Shown piece by piece: positions 38,224-47,754 of a stretch of DNA of 64,000 nucleotides. The stretch lies in the IMG/VR virus record IMGVR_UViG_3300012267_000003, one strand, 5' to 3'. This stretch comes from an uncultured virus (IMG/VR IMGVR_UViG_3300012267_000003) (lineage: Duplodnaviria > Heunggongvirae > Uroviricota > Caudoviricetes). Numbering within the stretch: position 1 is the stretch's first letter; the number at the start of each line of letters is the position of its first letter. Below the pieces are notes generated by a model. It was not told the DNA's origin. It worked only from the letters and a program-made list of their open reading frames with translations, and searched no databases. The position numbers and the translations under genes were made by a program.

Positions 38224-38755
38224 TCCTAAGAAGTGGGTAGTACTAGAACTCAGCCATCACGGCGAAAAGAAGACTCATAAAGAGCTTCTTACCCTGATGC
38301 AAGAGGAAGTCGGGGAGGGTGTGGAAATTTTCATCCCTTCTATCACTTTCTCCCGCAGGGACAGTGTTCTAACAATATGCTTGATGGAGGGCTATTTTTT
38401 CATAGAGGCCGCTTTGCCTCCATCTTCCTATTTTGCCTTAGAGGAGCTGGCATATGTCCAGAGGGTCTTGACCCGTGATGACTCAGGTCGTCGCTACCTC
38501 TATTACGTAGAGCAAAATACCATTGATGAGCTTCAATCGAAGCTTAAAAAACAGGCACGAAGAGATATTAAGGTGGGGGATTATGTACAGGTGTGTGAAG
38601 GGGCCTACTCCGAGTTGAAGGGGAAAATCCTAGAAGTTTTTCCTGAGAACAAACGGGCTTCAATTCACGTAGTGGATCTGAAAAGTATGAAGGTGATCGT
38701 GGAACTTCCGTTCCAATTTTTTGAACTTATAGACGAGGATAGCGACAATGACTAG
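38216..38755 (+). CDS. NusG/RfaH-family transcription factor
   Basis: NGN-like WVVLE..IFIP..LMEGYFFI and KOW VGDYVQVCEGAYSELKGKI. Confidence 0.8.
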   Translation: MSDPKKWVVLELSHHGEKKTHKELLTLMQEEVGEGVEIFIPSITFSRRDSVLTICLMEGYFFIEAALPPSSYFALEELAYVQRVLTRDDSGRRYLYYVEQNTIDELQSKLKKQARRDIKVGDYVQVCEGAYSELKGKILEVFPENKRASIHVVDLKSMKVIVELPFQFFELIDEDSDND

Positions 38756-39734
38756 TACGAAAACCAATGTGATCGTGGACGGAATGAACATCGCCTTTCG
38801 TTGTGCTTTTATTTATGACCAGCGACAGGGGTTGCAAAACGAGGCTGGCGACCCTACAGGAACCATCTATGGGTTTGTCCGTCATATGGTTAAACTAAGA
38901 GATCGATTTCCTTCTGCAACCTATTATGTAGCGTGGGAGGGCCTCAGAAGTCATGAGGAACGTCAGAACATCTATGCGGAGTACAAAGCCACTCGAAAGT
39001 CTTCGGAGCCTTCTGAGGCGGATGGGGATGCTTCAGACGATCCTCGTAGTACTCTTTACAGTCAATTAGAAGCGTTGCAAGGTCTGTTAACTGTGATGGG
39101 GATTCACCAAGTTAAGGCCGATGGTTATGAAGCCGATGATATGATCGCCACTCTTGTTCGAGAAAATCTTAGTGGTTCTGATCATAAAAATATCATCGTC
39201 AGTAGTGATCGTGACTTATTGCAACTAGTAGGGGATGGCACAGTGATGATGACCCCTCATCCAGAGAAGTTTTATGACGAGTTTAAAGTCCAAGAGGAGT
39301 ATGGCGTCCCCCCAAGACTGCTATTGTCTTATCGAACGTTTGATGGGGACAAAAGTGACAATATGCCGGGAATGTACAGGTTCCCCCGGAAAAAGATAGC
39401 TTCTATCGTCAATGAGCATGATGGAGATCTGGAATCTATTTATACAGAATGTGAAGTGAGGCTCACCGATTTCCAAAGCAAGACCATGACCGAGTTTGAA
39501 GAACAGGCTTATATTAACCACCAAGTTATGACGCTACGCACGGTAGACGATTACGAAGAGCTTGTGGGTACACACGAAAAAGACACCATTGAGCAATTTT
39601 GTGATCAGTTAGATTTTGGATCCATCCGTGCCGATTTACTCTCGTTTTCGGCTGAGACTGGGTTCGCCAAAACAGGAGATACCGATGTCGGCATATTACA
39701 TTCAGCCGCTAGATCCACAGGAACTGGCGAGTAG
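38748..39734 (+). CDS. 5'-3' exonuclease / flap endonuclease (PolA N-terminal type)
   Basis: IVDGMN, YKATR, YEADD, SSDRDL, GDKSDN. Confidence 0.92.
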   Translation: MTSTKTNVIVDGMNIAFRCAFIYDQRQGLQNEAGDPTGTIYGFVRHMVKLRDRFPSATYYVAWEGLRSHEERQNIYAEYKATRKSSEPSEADGDASDDPRSTLYSQLEALQGLLTVMGIHQVKADGYEADDMIATLVRENLSGSDHKNIIVSSDRDLLQLVGDGTVMMTPHPEKFYDEFKVQEEYGVPPRLLLSYRTFDGDKSDNMPGMYRFPRKKIASIVNEHDGDLESIYTECEVRLTDFQSKTMTEFEEQAYINHQVMTLRTVDDYEELVGTHEKDTIEQFCDQLDFGSIRADLLSFSAETGFAKTGDTDVGILHSAARSTGTGE

Positions 39735-40476
39735 ATTTTCAACAGAAGACACTTTTGCCCCTTTGCCCCGACCGGATGATGATTGGAAAGAACTTCATCT
39801 GGAGAAAATCAAAGAGGTTTTAGATCGTCTACCAGATCGAGAGGCGGATTTGATTCGCCTCTATTTTTTCAAGAGCAAGCGGCAGACCGACATAGCGGAG
39901 ATATTTAATATTACTCAGGCGGCGGTCTCTTACCGGCTTAAAAGGGCTCTTGACCGGATTCGATTTTTGATTGAGATACCGGAAGTCACGAAGCAAGAGC
40001 TTTATGAAGACCTTCTTCCTGTGATGCCTACGAAGCTGGACGCCCGAATTTTTTCCGAAATGTTCGAGTCCACGTGTCAGTCCGAAGTAGCAGAGATTTT
40101 AAGTATTAGTCAGGGGCGGGTAAGACACCGATTTATAGCCAATCTAGCTAGGATGGGTGATATTTTATCAGATAAAATATATGCATGGGTCCAGAAAAGC
40201 GATAGCGAGCTTTCGGAAGTGTTAAATATTTCGGAAGGGATAGCCTCCTATAAAGATCTTAGAGACACCGATGATATCGAGGCGGAGGAGCTAGAGAATT
40301 TATTGAAGGGGGTTGTAGGAGATCTCGAAGAAATCCCCGAAGATTTACAAGATGAAGAGTTACTTCTTTTTTCTCAGTATTACAAGACCTTTGTGAAGAT
40401 CCGGTACAATTTCAACATTCTTCGGGAAATCAAGTTGCCGAAATGGTCGGATAGGCCCGCTTTCACTATCTCTTGA
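39685..40476 (+). CDS. sigma70 region-4 HTH protein (candidate late transcription factor)
   Basis: LDRLPDREADLIRLYFF..QTDIAEIFNITQAAVSYRLKRA and a second HTH QSEVAEILSISQGRVR. Confidence 0.75.
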   Translation: MSAYYIQPLDPQELASRFSTEDTFAPLPRPDDDWKELHLEKIKEVLDRLPDREADLIRLYFFKSKRQTDIAEIFNITQAAVSYRLKRALDRIRFLIEIPEVTKQELYEDLLPVMPTKLDARIFSEMFESTCQSEVAEILSISQGRVRHRFIANLARMGDILSDKIYAWVQKSDSELSEVLNISEGIASYKDLRDTDDIEAEELENLLKGVVGDLEEIPEDLQDEELLLFSQYYKTFVKIRYNFNILREIKLPKWSDRPAFTIS

Positions 40477-40567
40477 TTCAGTATTCTGTTTATATACTAC
40501 CGTTTTAGGAATCATGCATCTATAACCTCAGTGTTACACAATGAAAAGCTGTCTGCGAAAAGTGATC

Positions 40568-40813
40568 ATGTCGAAGAAAGTGGCGGCCTCGTATCTCGAT
40601 AAGGTACTAGAGGCATCGTCCACTCTCACCGTTTATTTCACAAATGAACAGCACCTATCACGGTTCACTACTGAGGTCCAGCAATCTCACGGTGAGAAGG
40701 TATCGTGTAGGAGGGGCTTCGATTATGTCCTCTTCATTTCAACGGACCACACGGTAGTAGATACTATTCAAGCTAAAGCTAAAAATACTGGCCTAGATTA
40801 TTCGGGCCTCTAA
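40568..40813 (+). CDS. hypothetical protein
   Basis: Starts MSKKVAASYL; variant late motif TATTCTGTTTATA at 40482. Confidence 0.65.
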   Translation: MSKKVAASYLDKVLEASSTLTVYFTNEQHLSRFTTEVQQSHGEKVSCRRGFDYVLFISTDHTVVDTIQAKAKNTGLDYSGL

Positions 40814-40823
40814 AAGGATCGTC

Positions 40824-41132
40824 ATGGGTTACAAAGATTTTGATATGGGGTCGGTGGTTATGCAGTCTTCTGGAATGGACTCTTTTTTGTCCGACTCAGA
40901 TGACGTAGAACCTGTCCAAGATCTGCGTGATTTGGTATCTTCTGATACAGGGGATACTCCGCGCAAAATGCGTGTTTCGAGCGTAGATCAGCTAGCGGGC
41001 TTTACTCGTGTGGCCAGTGATACATTAATTCGCAAATCGGAAAGAGACCTGTGGTCGCTTACTCAGTCCGATGCTGGTGAGTGGGTTATCGAGCGCCTTT
41101 TTGATGAAGACGGCAATCCCTTAAAGGTGTGA
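40824..41132 (+). CDS. hypothetical protein
   Basis: AAGGA SD, 102 aa. Confidence 0.75.
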   Translation: MGYKDFDMGSVVMQSSGMDSFLSDSDDVEPVQDLRDLVSSDTGDTPRKMRVSSVDQLAGFTRVASDTLIRKSERDLWSLTQSDAGEWVIERLFDEDGNPLKV

Positions 41133-41135
41133 GAT

Positions 41136-41705
41136 ATGAGTGAATGGTCTTCAGACAGGCGTCATCGTCTGGTAAAAAGAGTCGCCTCAGAATATATGAG
41201 GCAAAAAACGGGTAGTATGCTCCGCACGGCGGGTGAAGTTCGTTTCGTCAAAGATTATGGCCCCGACGAAGAAGCACGGGATATCACTGACGATTACAAA
41301 TTCAACCCGAAAGCGAAAAAGCCCTTAGCCAAAGTGCTCTGGTCTATTTCGTGTGCTCTGGGGCATTTAGTGTCTGCCTACGGCACTTTCACCAAAATCA
41401 AATCTTCTAATATCAGTCCGGACGGTAAACTTGGAGGTAAAGGTTACGTCCAAGATATTTCGGATATGAGGGAGGGATTTAATGAGTGTATAAGTGCTCT
41501 TTCTGCCATTCAGGACACCATTAATGATGAGATAAGTGCCCCGCACTGGGATCCCGATGAAGTTGGTACAGATGAAAGAGATGAAGCTGATATTGAAGAA
41601 ATGATGTCGGACTCAGAGGATATTGCAGAGGATCCCGAAGGCTTTGTTGATGAAGAGTATGAAGAAAAAGTCAAAAAAGATGTGGATGAGTCTTTAGGTA
41701 AATAA
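41136..41705 (+). CDS. hypothetical, probable virion protein
   Basis: KRVASEY..LRTAG N-terminus, acidic tail. Confidence 0.7.
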   Translation: MSEWSSDRRHRLVKRVASEYMRQKTGSMLRTAGEVRFVKDYGPDEEARDITDDYKFNPKAKKPLAKVLWSISCALGHLVSAYGTFTKIKSSNISPDGKLGGKGYVQDISDMREGFNECISALSAIQDTINDEISAPHWDPDEVGTDERDEADIEEMMSDSEDIAEDPEGFVDEEYEEKVKKDVDESLGK

Positions 41706-41847
41706 AGTATTCTGGCCTCCTCCACTGGGAGTGGGTTTTGCAATTCAGGTAGTGTGCAAGTCTGGAAGATCTGGATAGTATTTTAGTATTGAAATCTGGA
41801 CTTTTGGAACTAGGACAGTAAGGCTGTCCTCAAATTGGAGATCGTAT

Positions 41848-44535
41848 ATGTCAGATCTAGGAGACATTGGGGACATCATCAACGCTAAGCCGCTGGCGGA
41901 TTTAGATTGGCTGGAGGTTGATGAAGAGGAATATAGAGCCCTTGATACTTTGCCCGAACCTGAGCACAACTCCATACCAGAATTGGAAGCTCAGTGGGGA
42001 GATTTTTCTGAGGGAGATCAGTATAACCTGTCCCCGGTTAATCAAGACCTACACACTTCCTCTTTTAGTGCTGAACCCCTGACGGCAAAAGATGCTTCGG
42101 AAAAAGCAGCTACAATTGAGATTGTTGAGAAATTCTCTAAGCGCCATCTACAGGCGGGGGTAAAGGGAAAGGATCTGATTAAGATCCTAAAGCGCAATTT
42201 CGATTCGGATGTGCTTGCTATTTCAAAAGAGGCGGTGCGGAATGTACTCACGGAGCGGGGCCTTCTTGGTTCCGTATATGTGGACTCTAGCCTGTCGGAA
42301 GATTGTTACAAGGGTGGGGTAGTCAAAGGATTGACTGCTAATACCAAAAAAGCCAAATACGTTCTCGCCAAGAATAAGTGTTCGGGTTGTATCCATAATC
42401 TAGAGGGTCGATGCTCTGTTTTCCAAAAAGAGCTGGTTTTCGATGTAGTCGATTACACCCAAGACCTTTGGGAAGAGTACGAGGATAGACTCCAGATTGA
42501 AGGTAAAGACCTCCAACCCTTTGCGAACCTTCCCATAAAGGCTCGTCTACAGAAAGCGATTCTAGCGGCACCTAAGCCCTCTCAGAAGCCCTTGGATGGT
42601 AAGCCGGTAATGCCAGACCCAACGGCGGGCGTTACTTATGAGGAGGCGGTAGCTAAACTTCGTTCGTCGAATATCAAACAAGAGATTGTTGCTGACGTTC
42701 GTAAACAGCATAAAGTTTGCCGAATTGCACAGGAGATGATGCGGGGGAACCACGGTCCTAACGTACAAGAGCTGGTAGAGATGGACCCTGTGTTAGCTTC
42801 TCTCAAAAGCGAATCTTATCTACTAGGCAACCTCTATCTTGACCTGTCTTATTTTCCGACCTACAAGGTAGCTTCGGAATTCATGTCGGATCTTGGTACT
42901 GTTCCTCCAATTGTAGTAGGGATACCGTTTGAAGAGGTGGAGTTAGATAACCGATTTGCACAGGCGGCTCAATTTGATATCCGATCTGATACAGCTTTGA
43001 CCCATGTAGTCAGTCGTTATTTTGTGTCCAAGTTTGGGCATGAGATGACTGCTAAGAAGAAAAAGCAGTTCGAACGGCTATTCGCTCGTCTACAGAAGAC
43101 CTCTGATACCAAGGTACGACGCTTCGCACAGGGAGTTTATAAAAATCCTCTCCCACATAAGGCCCGTCAGTACGCTGCACAGGTTATTTATGATCCGACT
43201 AAAGGTATTACCTCCAAAGAGGCGGACCAGAGGTTACAAGAGGTCAATAAGCACGAAAGAATGGTAGTACAAAACCCCTCTGAGGTTGCGTACCGAAAAT
43301 CGATGGTAGCCCGTATGTTGCGTGGTGATCACAGTTCTCGGGTAGCCTCTTTCGTAGCCGAAGATTCTGATTTAGCAGAGCACCTACACTTACTAGGTCG
43401 CTTGTATGTCTCAACTAGTTTAGCTTCTCCCAAAGAGATCGAGGCAGCAACAGCCTCCAATCCTGAACTGTCAGACCTACCGCTATTGACTCCTAACAAC
43501 CAAGGTCAGTTTTTCAGCAATCCAGAAGTCCATTTCAGGATTGCACAAAAGGTGGCGGCGGTGAAGGGTTATGTAGGGTCGGACCGTAATGAGACGATCC
43601 GGGATGTAATCTCCGCATTGTCTGGTTCTGGTTCTGATGAGGTACGAGCATTTGCTAAAAAGGTGTTTGCTCTTCCTGATAAGTACACCGAGTCGGTATA
43701 TAGTGGTTCGGTAAAACCTGCGGATAAGATAAAGAAGGCTCTACCTTCCGTACGAGCTTCGGAAGCAACCTCAATGACTTGCTTACGTAGCGTATTCTCC
43801 TCTCCTGTAGGAGAAGACTTTCTGCGGGTACTAGCCGCTAAAATAGGACTAGATCGCCTTCGTAGGGTGTATCTGTCCGGAGAAGGTAAAGTAGCCACCA
43901 ACCTGCGTGCGTCTAATACGGCCAAAGAAGATGCCCGTGAGATTCTATCAGCCGTCCTGTCAGGGAATTATAAGCCTTCGGGAATTATGGCTCCCACGGC
44001 AGAAATGCTACGAACCAAAATGGGAAGGTTTCTTCGAGATCGTTTACTGGAAGGCAGCCGTGGGCAAAAGTTAGCATCGGAACTGAAAGACGAATTCTCT
44101 TACGCCCAACTCCTAGAGTATGCTCCCGTTATTATAGCTTTCCGAGAATCGGAAGGTCATTATGGTGAGGCATATATTACGGCAGATAGTTTTGACGACT
44201 GCTCTGAGGGGACTCGCAAAGTAGGGTCGTCCGTGAAGGAAATTGTGCGAGCATCTAAATGCAGTGGCTGTGTTTATGACAAAACTGACCGTTGCCTTCT
44301 ATATGCCCGCAATCTGGTAAAGGCCCGCTCCAGTAAACAAAAGACTGCCAATACAAAGGTAGCTTTGGACTCTATTAGTCTGTCACCTGACATTGCGGCT
44401 TCTGGAGATGAGCTAATGGTAGATTTTGACATGGCTCCTATAGCGCAGGATGGGGATCTTGCTGAGATTGATTTTCATGGTAAGCGTAAACCCGCTATGG
44501 ATATAAATTTTGGTGGCGGTCTAATTCTTGAGTGA
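41848..44535 (+). CDS. large protein with internal repeats and two Cys clusters (probable head-associated)
   Basis: KCSGC..RC occurs twice; DPT.G.T..EA..MRG.H..LLG.LY occurs twice. Confidence 0.8.
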   Translation: MSDLGDIGDIINAKPLADLDWLEVDEEEYRALDTLPEPEHNSIPELEAQWGDFSEGDQYNLSPVNQDLHTSSFSAEPLTAKDASEKAATIEIVEKFSKRHLQAGVKGKDLIKILKRNFDSDVLAISKEAVRNVLTERGLLGSVYVDSSLSEDCYKGGVVKGLTANTKKAKYVLAKNKCSGCIHNLEGRCSVFQKELVFDVVDYTQDLWEEYEDRLQIEGKDLQPFANLPIKARLQKAILAAPKPSQKPLDGKPVMPDPTAGVTYEEAVAKLRSSNIKQEIVADVRKQHKVCRIAQEMMRGNHGPNVQELVEMDPVLASLKSESYLLGNLYLDLSYFPTYKVASEFMSDLGTVPPIVVGIPFEEVELDNRFAQAAQFDIRSDTALTHVVSRYFVSKFGHEMTAKKKKQFERLFARLQKTSDTKVRRFAQGVYKNPLPHKARQYAAQVIYDPTKGITSKEADQRLQEVNKHERMVVQNPSEVAYRKSMVARMLRGDHSSRVASFVAEDSDLAEHLHLLGRLYVSTSLASPKEIEAATASNPELSDLPLLTPNNQGQFFSNPEVHFRIAQKVAAVKGYVGSDRNETIRDVISALSGSGSDEVRAFAKKVFALPDKYTESVYSGSVKPADKIKKALPSVRASEATSMTCLRSVFSSPVGEDFLRVLAAKIGLDRLRRVYLSGEGKVATNLRASNTAKEDAREILSAVLSGNYKPSGIMAPTAEMLRTKMGRFLRDRLLEGSRGQKLASELKDEFSYAQLLEYAPVIIAFRESEGHYGEAYITADSFDDCSEGTRKVGSSVKEIVRASKCSGCVYDKTDRCLLYARNLVKARSSKQKTANTKVALDSISLSPDIAASGDELMVDFDMAPIAQDGDLAEIDFHGKRKPAMDINFGGGLILE

Positions 44536-44546
44536 TTGGAGTTGGT

Positions 44547-45101
44547 ATGAGTAATACAAAAGAGTTGCAGGTGCAGGTCATCACTTTGGAGAAAAAGGAA
44601 AAGAGCCGTGGTCGTGGGCGGCCTCCTAAGATCCCTATTAAGCCAACGAGCCCAGAAGTGGCTCAGTTGATGAAGAATAAAAAAAAGCATCAAGATAATC
44701 ACCCCCTTCTTAAACAGGTACGTGGGGATGCGGATAGTCTGGATGTTCTAGACATTGCGATGCAGGAGCTTGCGAAAGAAAGTGCTTCTTTGGACTTTGA
44801 GCGGGGTGAGGCTGAGCGTAAGGGGAAGGATACCGCTTCTCTATCCTCCAAGAAGATCAACGCTACCAAGGCACTGATTGATACCTACTTTCGAAAGAGA
44901 GATGCGGTTGTCAATGAGAATTTTGACCTAAAGAGTAAGAATTTCCAAAAGCTTTTTGAGTTCATTGTGAGCAAATTTCGGCTGTGCTGTGATAAATCGG
45001 GTATGCCGGAAGAGCAAGCGCAAAAGTTAATGCAAATTGCAGGAGAAGAATTTGAGGGTTGGGAAGATGAGGCCCTCAAATATATCAAAAGTTCGATGTA
45101 A
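44547..45101 (+). CDS. candidate terminase small subunit with AT-hook
   Basis: RGRGRPPK AT-hook, helical body, directly upstream of TerL. Confidence 0.5.
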   Translation: MSNTKELQVQVITLEKKEKSRGRGRPPKIPIKPTSPEVAQLMKNKKKHQDNHPLLKQVRGDADSLDVLDIAMQELAKESASLDFERGEAERKGKDTASLSSKKINATKALIDTYFRKRDAVVNENFDLKSKNFQKLFEFIVSKFRLCCDKSGMPEEQAQKLMQIAGEEFEGWEDEALKYIKSSM

Positions 45102-45159
45102 TCACCCACCAGACTATCACACTACCATGATCGGGGTTCACATGATTTAGGAGTCACTG

Positions 45160-47151
45160 ATGTCTATGTCAGATCTCTTTCGTCAAGTAGGGCGCAAGTC
45201 TTCTGACGGATACAGTTCCGGTAAAGTGCTCAACATTATTGAGTATGTAGAGTCCCCTTTCGGTCTTGGGTTCAGCCAAGAGCTGTGTGGGATGTCTTTG
45301 TTTCCCGTCCAAAAATTCATTCTCAAATGCTTCTATAATCTCCCCCTTGATGATCAGGTACGCAACATCAAGGTGCCTAAGTCATGGAGATATGCACAGA
45401 GTGCTAAGCCGGAGCACTACCACACCTTCACCGAAGTAGAGTACATGAAGTACCTCTACAACGAAGGGCGTTGTAATATCAAAGAGCAGGATCACGACAG
45501 GCACGAACTGATTCTACCTATTGGACGTAGAAGTGGTAAATCTCTAATCTCGTCTATGATTGCCTCCTATGAGATTTACAGACTTCTTAGGAAAGGCAAC
45601 CCCCAGCGGTATTATGGGGTTCAAGACGGCGCTGAGATTACCATTTCAATGGTCGCTCCCACTAAGGATCAATCCAAGATCCTCTACAATGCTACCCGAA
45701 ACAATTTCCAAAATTGTGATTTCTTCACTCCCTATCTCAGCCGGGACACACAGAGCTACGTGCGGTTCCAAACACCCCAAGACCTTGACCAGACTGGGGC
45801 AGCAAAAGACGGTGGACGAGATTCTGTACAGGTAATGTTTTTCTCCTCTGTCTCCAGCGGTATTCGTGGTCTGTCTAATATCGTAATCATTCTGGATGAG
45901 GTTGCTTTCTTCAAAGATAAGGGAGCTTCCAGTGCAGATGCGGTGTACCAAGCCGCCGCTCCCTCTACGGCTACCTTTGCCCCTCTAGACCCTAACGGAA
46001 CGCAAGAGACTTTGCATCGGGATTCTGAGGGACGTATTATTATGATCTCCTCCCCTTTCAATAAAGACGGATTGTTTTACGATAAGTATGAGCAATCAAA
46101 AGTGGGTGGTGCGGCTTCACGAGATATCCTAATGGTACAGGCTCCTACGTGGGAAGTTAACCCCCAAGTGCCTATTGGATTCTTAGAGAATCACCACGGA
46201 AAAGATCCAGTAGCTTTCGCTACAGAGTTCGGGGCTGAATTCACTGACCGGGTAATGGCGTGGATTGAGAGAGAAAAAGACCTTATGGTCTGTTTGGATA
46301 CAGATCTACGTCCCTCCGTTAAAGGTAAGCCCCGTGTCCCACATAGTTTAGGGCTTGACTTGGCGGTTAAAGGTGACCGTACCTCTGTGGCTCTTACACG
46401 ACCCGATGGCGACAAAATTCGGCTGGTTTATCATGAGGAGTGGCAAGCCGGGAAGAGTTGGTACGATCTAAATCCACATCTGGAGGAGCCGATTATTCCG
46501 TACGCAAAGGAATTGCATAATACGGACATGTTGGACTTTGATGCCTTAGCGGAGTGGATACAGGCTCTCTCAAAGCGGTTTTATATTGTAGATGGTGTGT
46601 TTGACCAATGGCAAGGGATCAGTTTTCAGCAAACACTAGATAAGATGGGCTTGAAACAGATCGAGTCTAAGCAATTTACCCGAGATGAATCGTCTAGGAT
46701 GTTTGATGCTTTCAAGACTTTGATGTATCATGGTCGCCTACTACTATACGATTATGCGATCAGGGAAGTCGAAGACGACGACGATGAGGGAGATCTGGAG
46801 AACTCTGTCCTTAGTGAAGGTGCAGTTAAACACGCCCCCTATATCAAGCAGTTACTAGAATTGAGAGCTGAAAAGAAGTCAAAAAAAGTGGTGCTAGTCG
46901 AGGCCCCTAACGGTCCTAATAAATACGATGACTTTGCCGACGCATTAGTACGTAGTGTGTGGCTTACTCTTCACCGGGTAGGGAACACTAATTATATTGC
47001 CGGATCTGGAAAGACTGGGGATATTGCGGAAGCTCACGGCGCGCAACATAAATCTATTTCAGCTCGATCTTATCAAAGACGAAGACAGAGGAAGCATAAT
47101 TACCAAGGGAAACGGTCTATAGATCTTGTTCCGGGCTGGAGTAGAAGATGA
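45160..47151 (+). CDS. terL: terminase large subunit
   Basis: GRRSGKS, VAPTKDQS, ILDEVAF, ISSP, GLDLA, FDQW, DDFADA. Confidence 0.93.
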   Translation: MSMSDLFRQVGRKSSDGYSSGKVLNIIEYVESPFGLGFSQELCGMSLFPVQKFILKCFYNLPLDDQVRNIKVPKSWRYAQSAKPEHYHTFTEVEYMKYLYNEGRCNIKEQDHDRHELILPIGRRSGKSLISSMIASYEIYRLLRKGNPQRYYGVQDGAEITISMVAPTKDQSKILYNATRNNFQNCDFFTPYLSRDTQSYVRFQTPQDLDQTGAAKDGGRDSVQVMFFSSVSSGIRGLSNIVIILDEVAFFKDKGASSADAVYQAAAPSTATFAPLDPNGTQETLHRDSEGRIIMISSPFNKDGLFYDKYEQSKVGGAASRDILMVQAPTWEVNPQVPIGFLENHHGKDPVAFATEFGAEFTDRVMAWIEREKDLMVCLDTDLRPSVKGKPRVPHSLGLDLAVKGDRTSVALTRPDGDKIRLVYHEEWQAGKSWYDLNPHLEEPIIPYAKELHNTDMLDFDALAEWIQALSKRFYIVDGVFDQWQGISFQQTLDKMGLKQIESKQFTRDESSRMFDAFKTLMYHGRLLLYDYAIREVEDDDDEGDLENSVLSEGAVKHAPYIKQLLELRAEKKSKKVVLVEAPNGPNKYDDFADALVRSVWLTLHRVGNTNYIAGSGKTGDIAEAHGAQHKSISARSYQRRRQRKHNYQGKRSIDLVPGWSRR

Positions 47152-47393
47152 CCAAGCACGTCTCAGACCGCTTCTGGGAGACTTGTGTCTTGCAGGTGTT
47201 GCGTAAGATCAATAAAGGGTTCAAACCTTCTGAGGTTGATCTCACAGTGATTGGAGCCCTGTATGAGCGGGCTGAAGGGTCATGGGTGGCGCTAGCGTCT
47301 GGGGACACTGACAGTTGGGGCCTATTACGCCAATGCGCTAAAGTTTATTTACGACGAAAACTTACAAAGGATGAAGATCATGGAGATGGGTGA
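47148..47393 (+). CDS. hypothetical protein
   Basis: ATGA overlap with terL. Confidence 0.65.
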   Translation: MTKHVSDRFWETCVLQVLRKINKGFKPSEVDLTVIGALYERAEGSWVALASGDTDSWGLLRQCAKVYLRRKLTKDEDHGDG

Positions 47394-47742
47394 CCTTTCA
47401 AAAGTTGAATCATATCTATCAGAAATGGATGAGTCTATTCGACACATTCAGGTTCAGATCCGTAATCTAAATCGGACAGCACAGGCTTTGGAGTCGGTAT
47501 GTCAAGATGATTCGGATTTGCAAAGTTTGGTTAGAAGAGAGGCAAGGTACCTGAGTCAATTGCGTAGTATGGTAGATAATTTCCCTATGTCTAGGATGGT
47601 ACGACGTAGGCTTCCCGATGTTGAAGGTCGGATACAGCAACGTGAATTAGAACAAGAGTATGAAGACGCAGCCGTTATGCAGCAGGCCAGTGAGGTCCGG
47701 GAGTCTTTAGAGGATCTTTTGGGCAAGTTTCTACAGAAGTAA
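47371..47742 (+). CDS. hypothetical coiled-coil protein
   Basis: 123-aa ORF in operon. Confidence 0.7.
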   Translation: MKIMEMGDLSKVESYLSEMDESIRHIQVQIRNLNRTAQALESVCQDDSDLQSLVRREARYLSQLRSMVDNFPMSRMVRRRLPDVEGRIQQRELEQEYEDAAVMQQASEVRESLEDLLGKFLQK

Positions 47743-47754
47743 TGGAGTTAAGTA

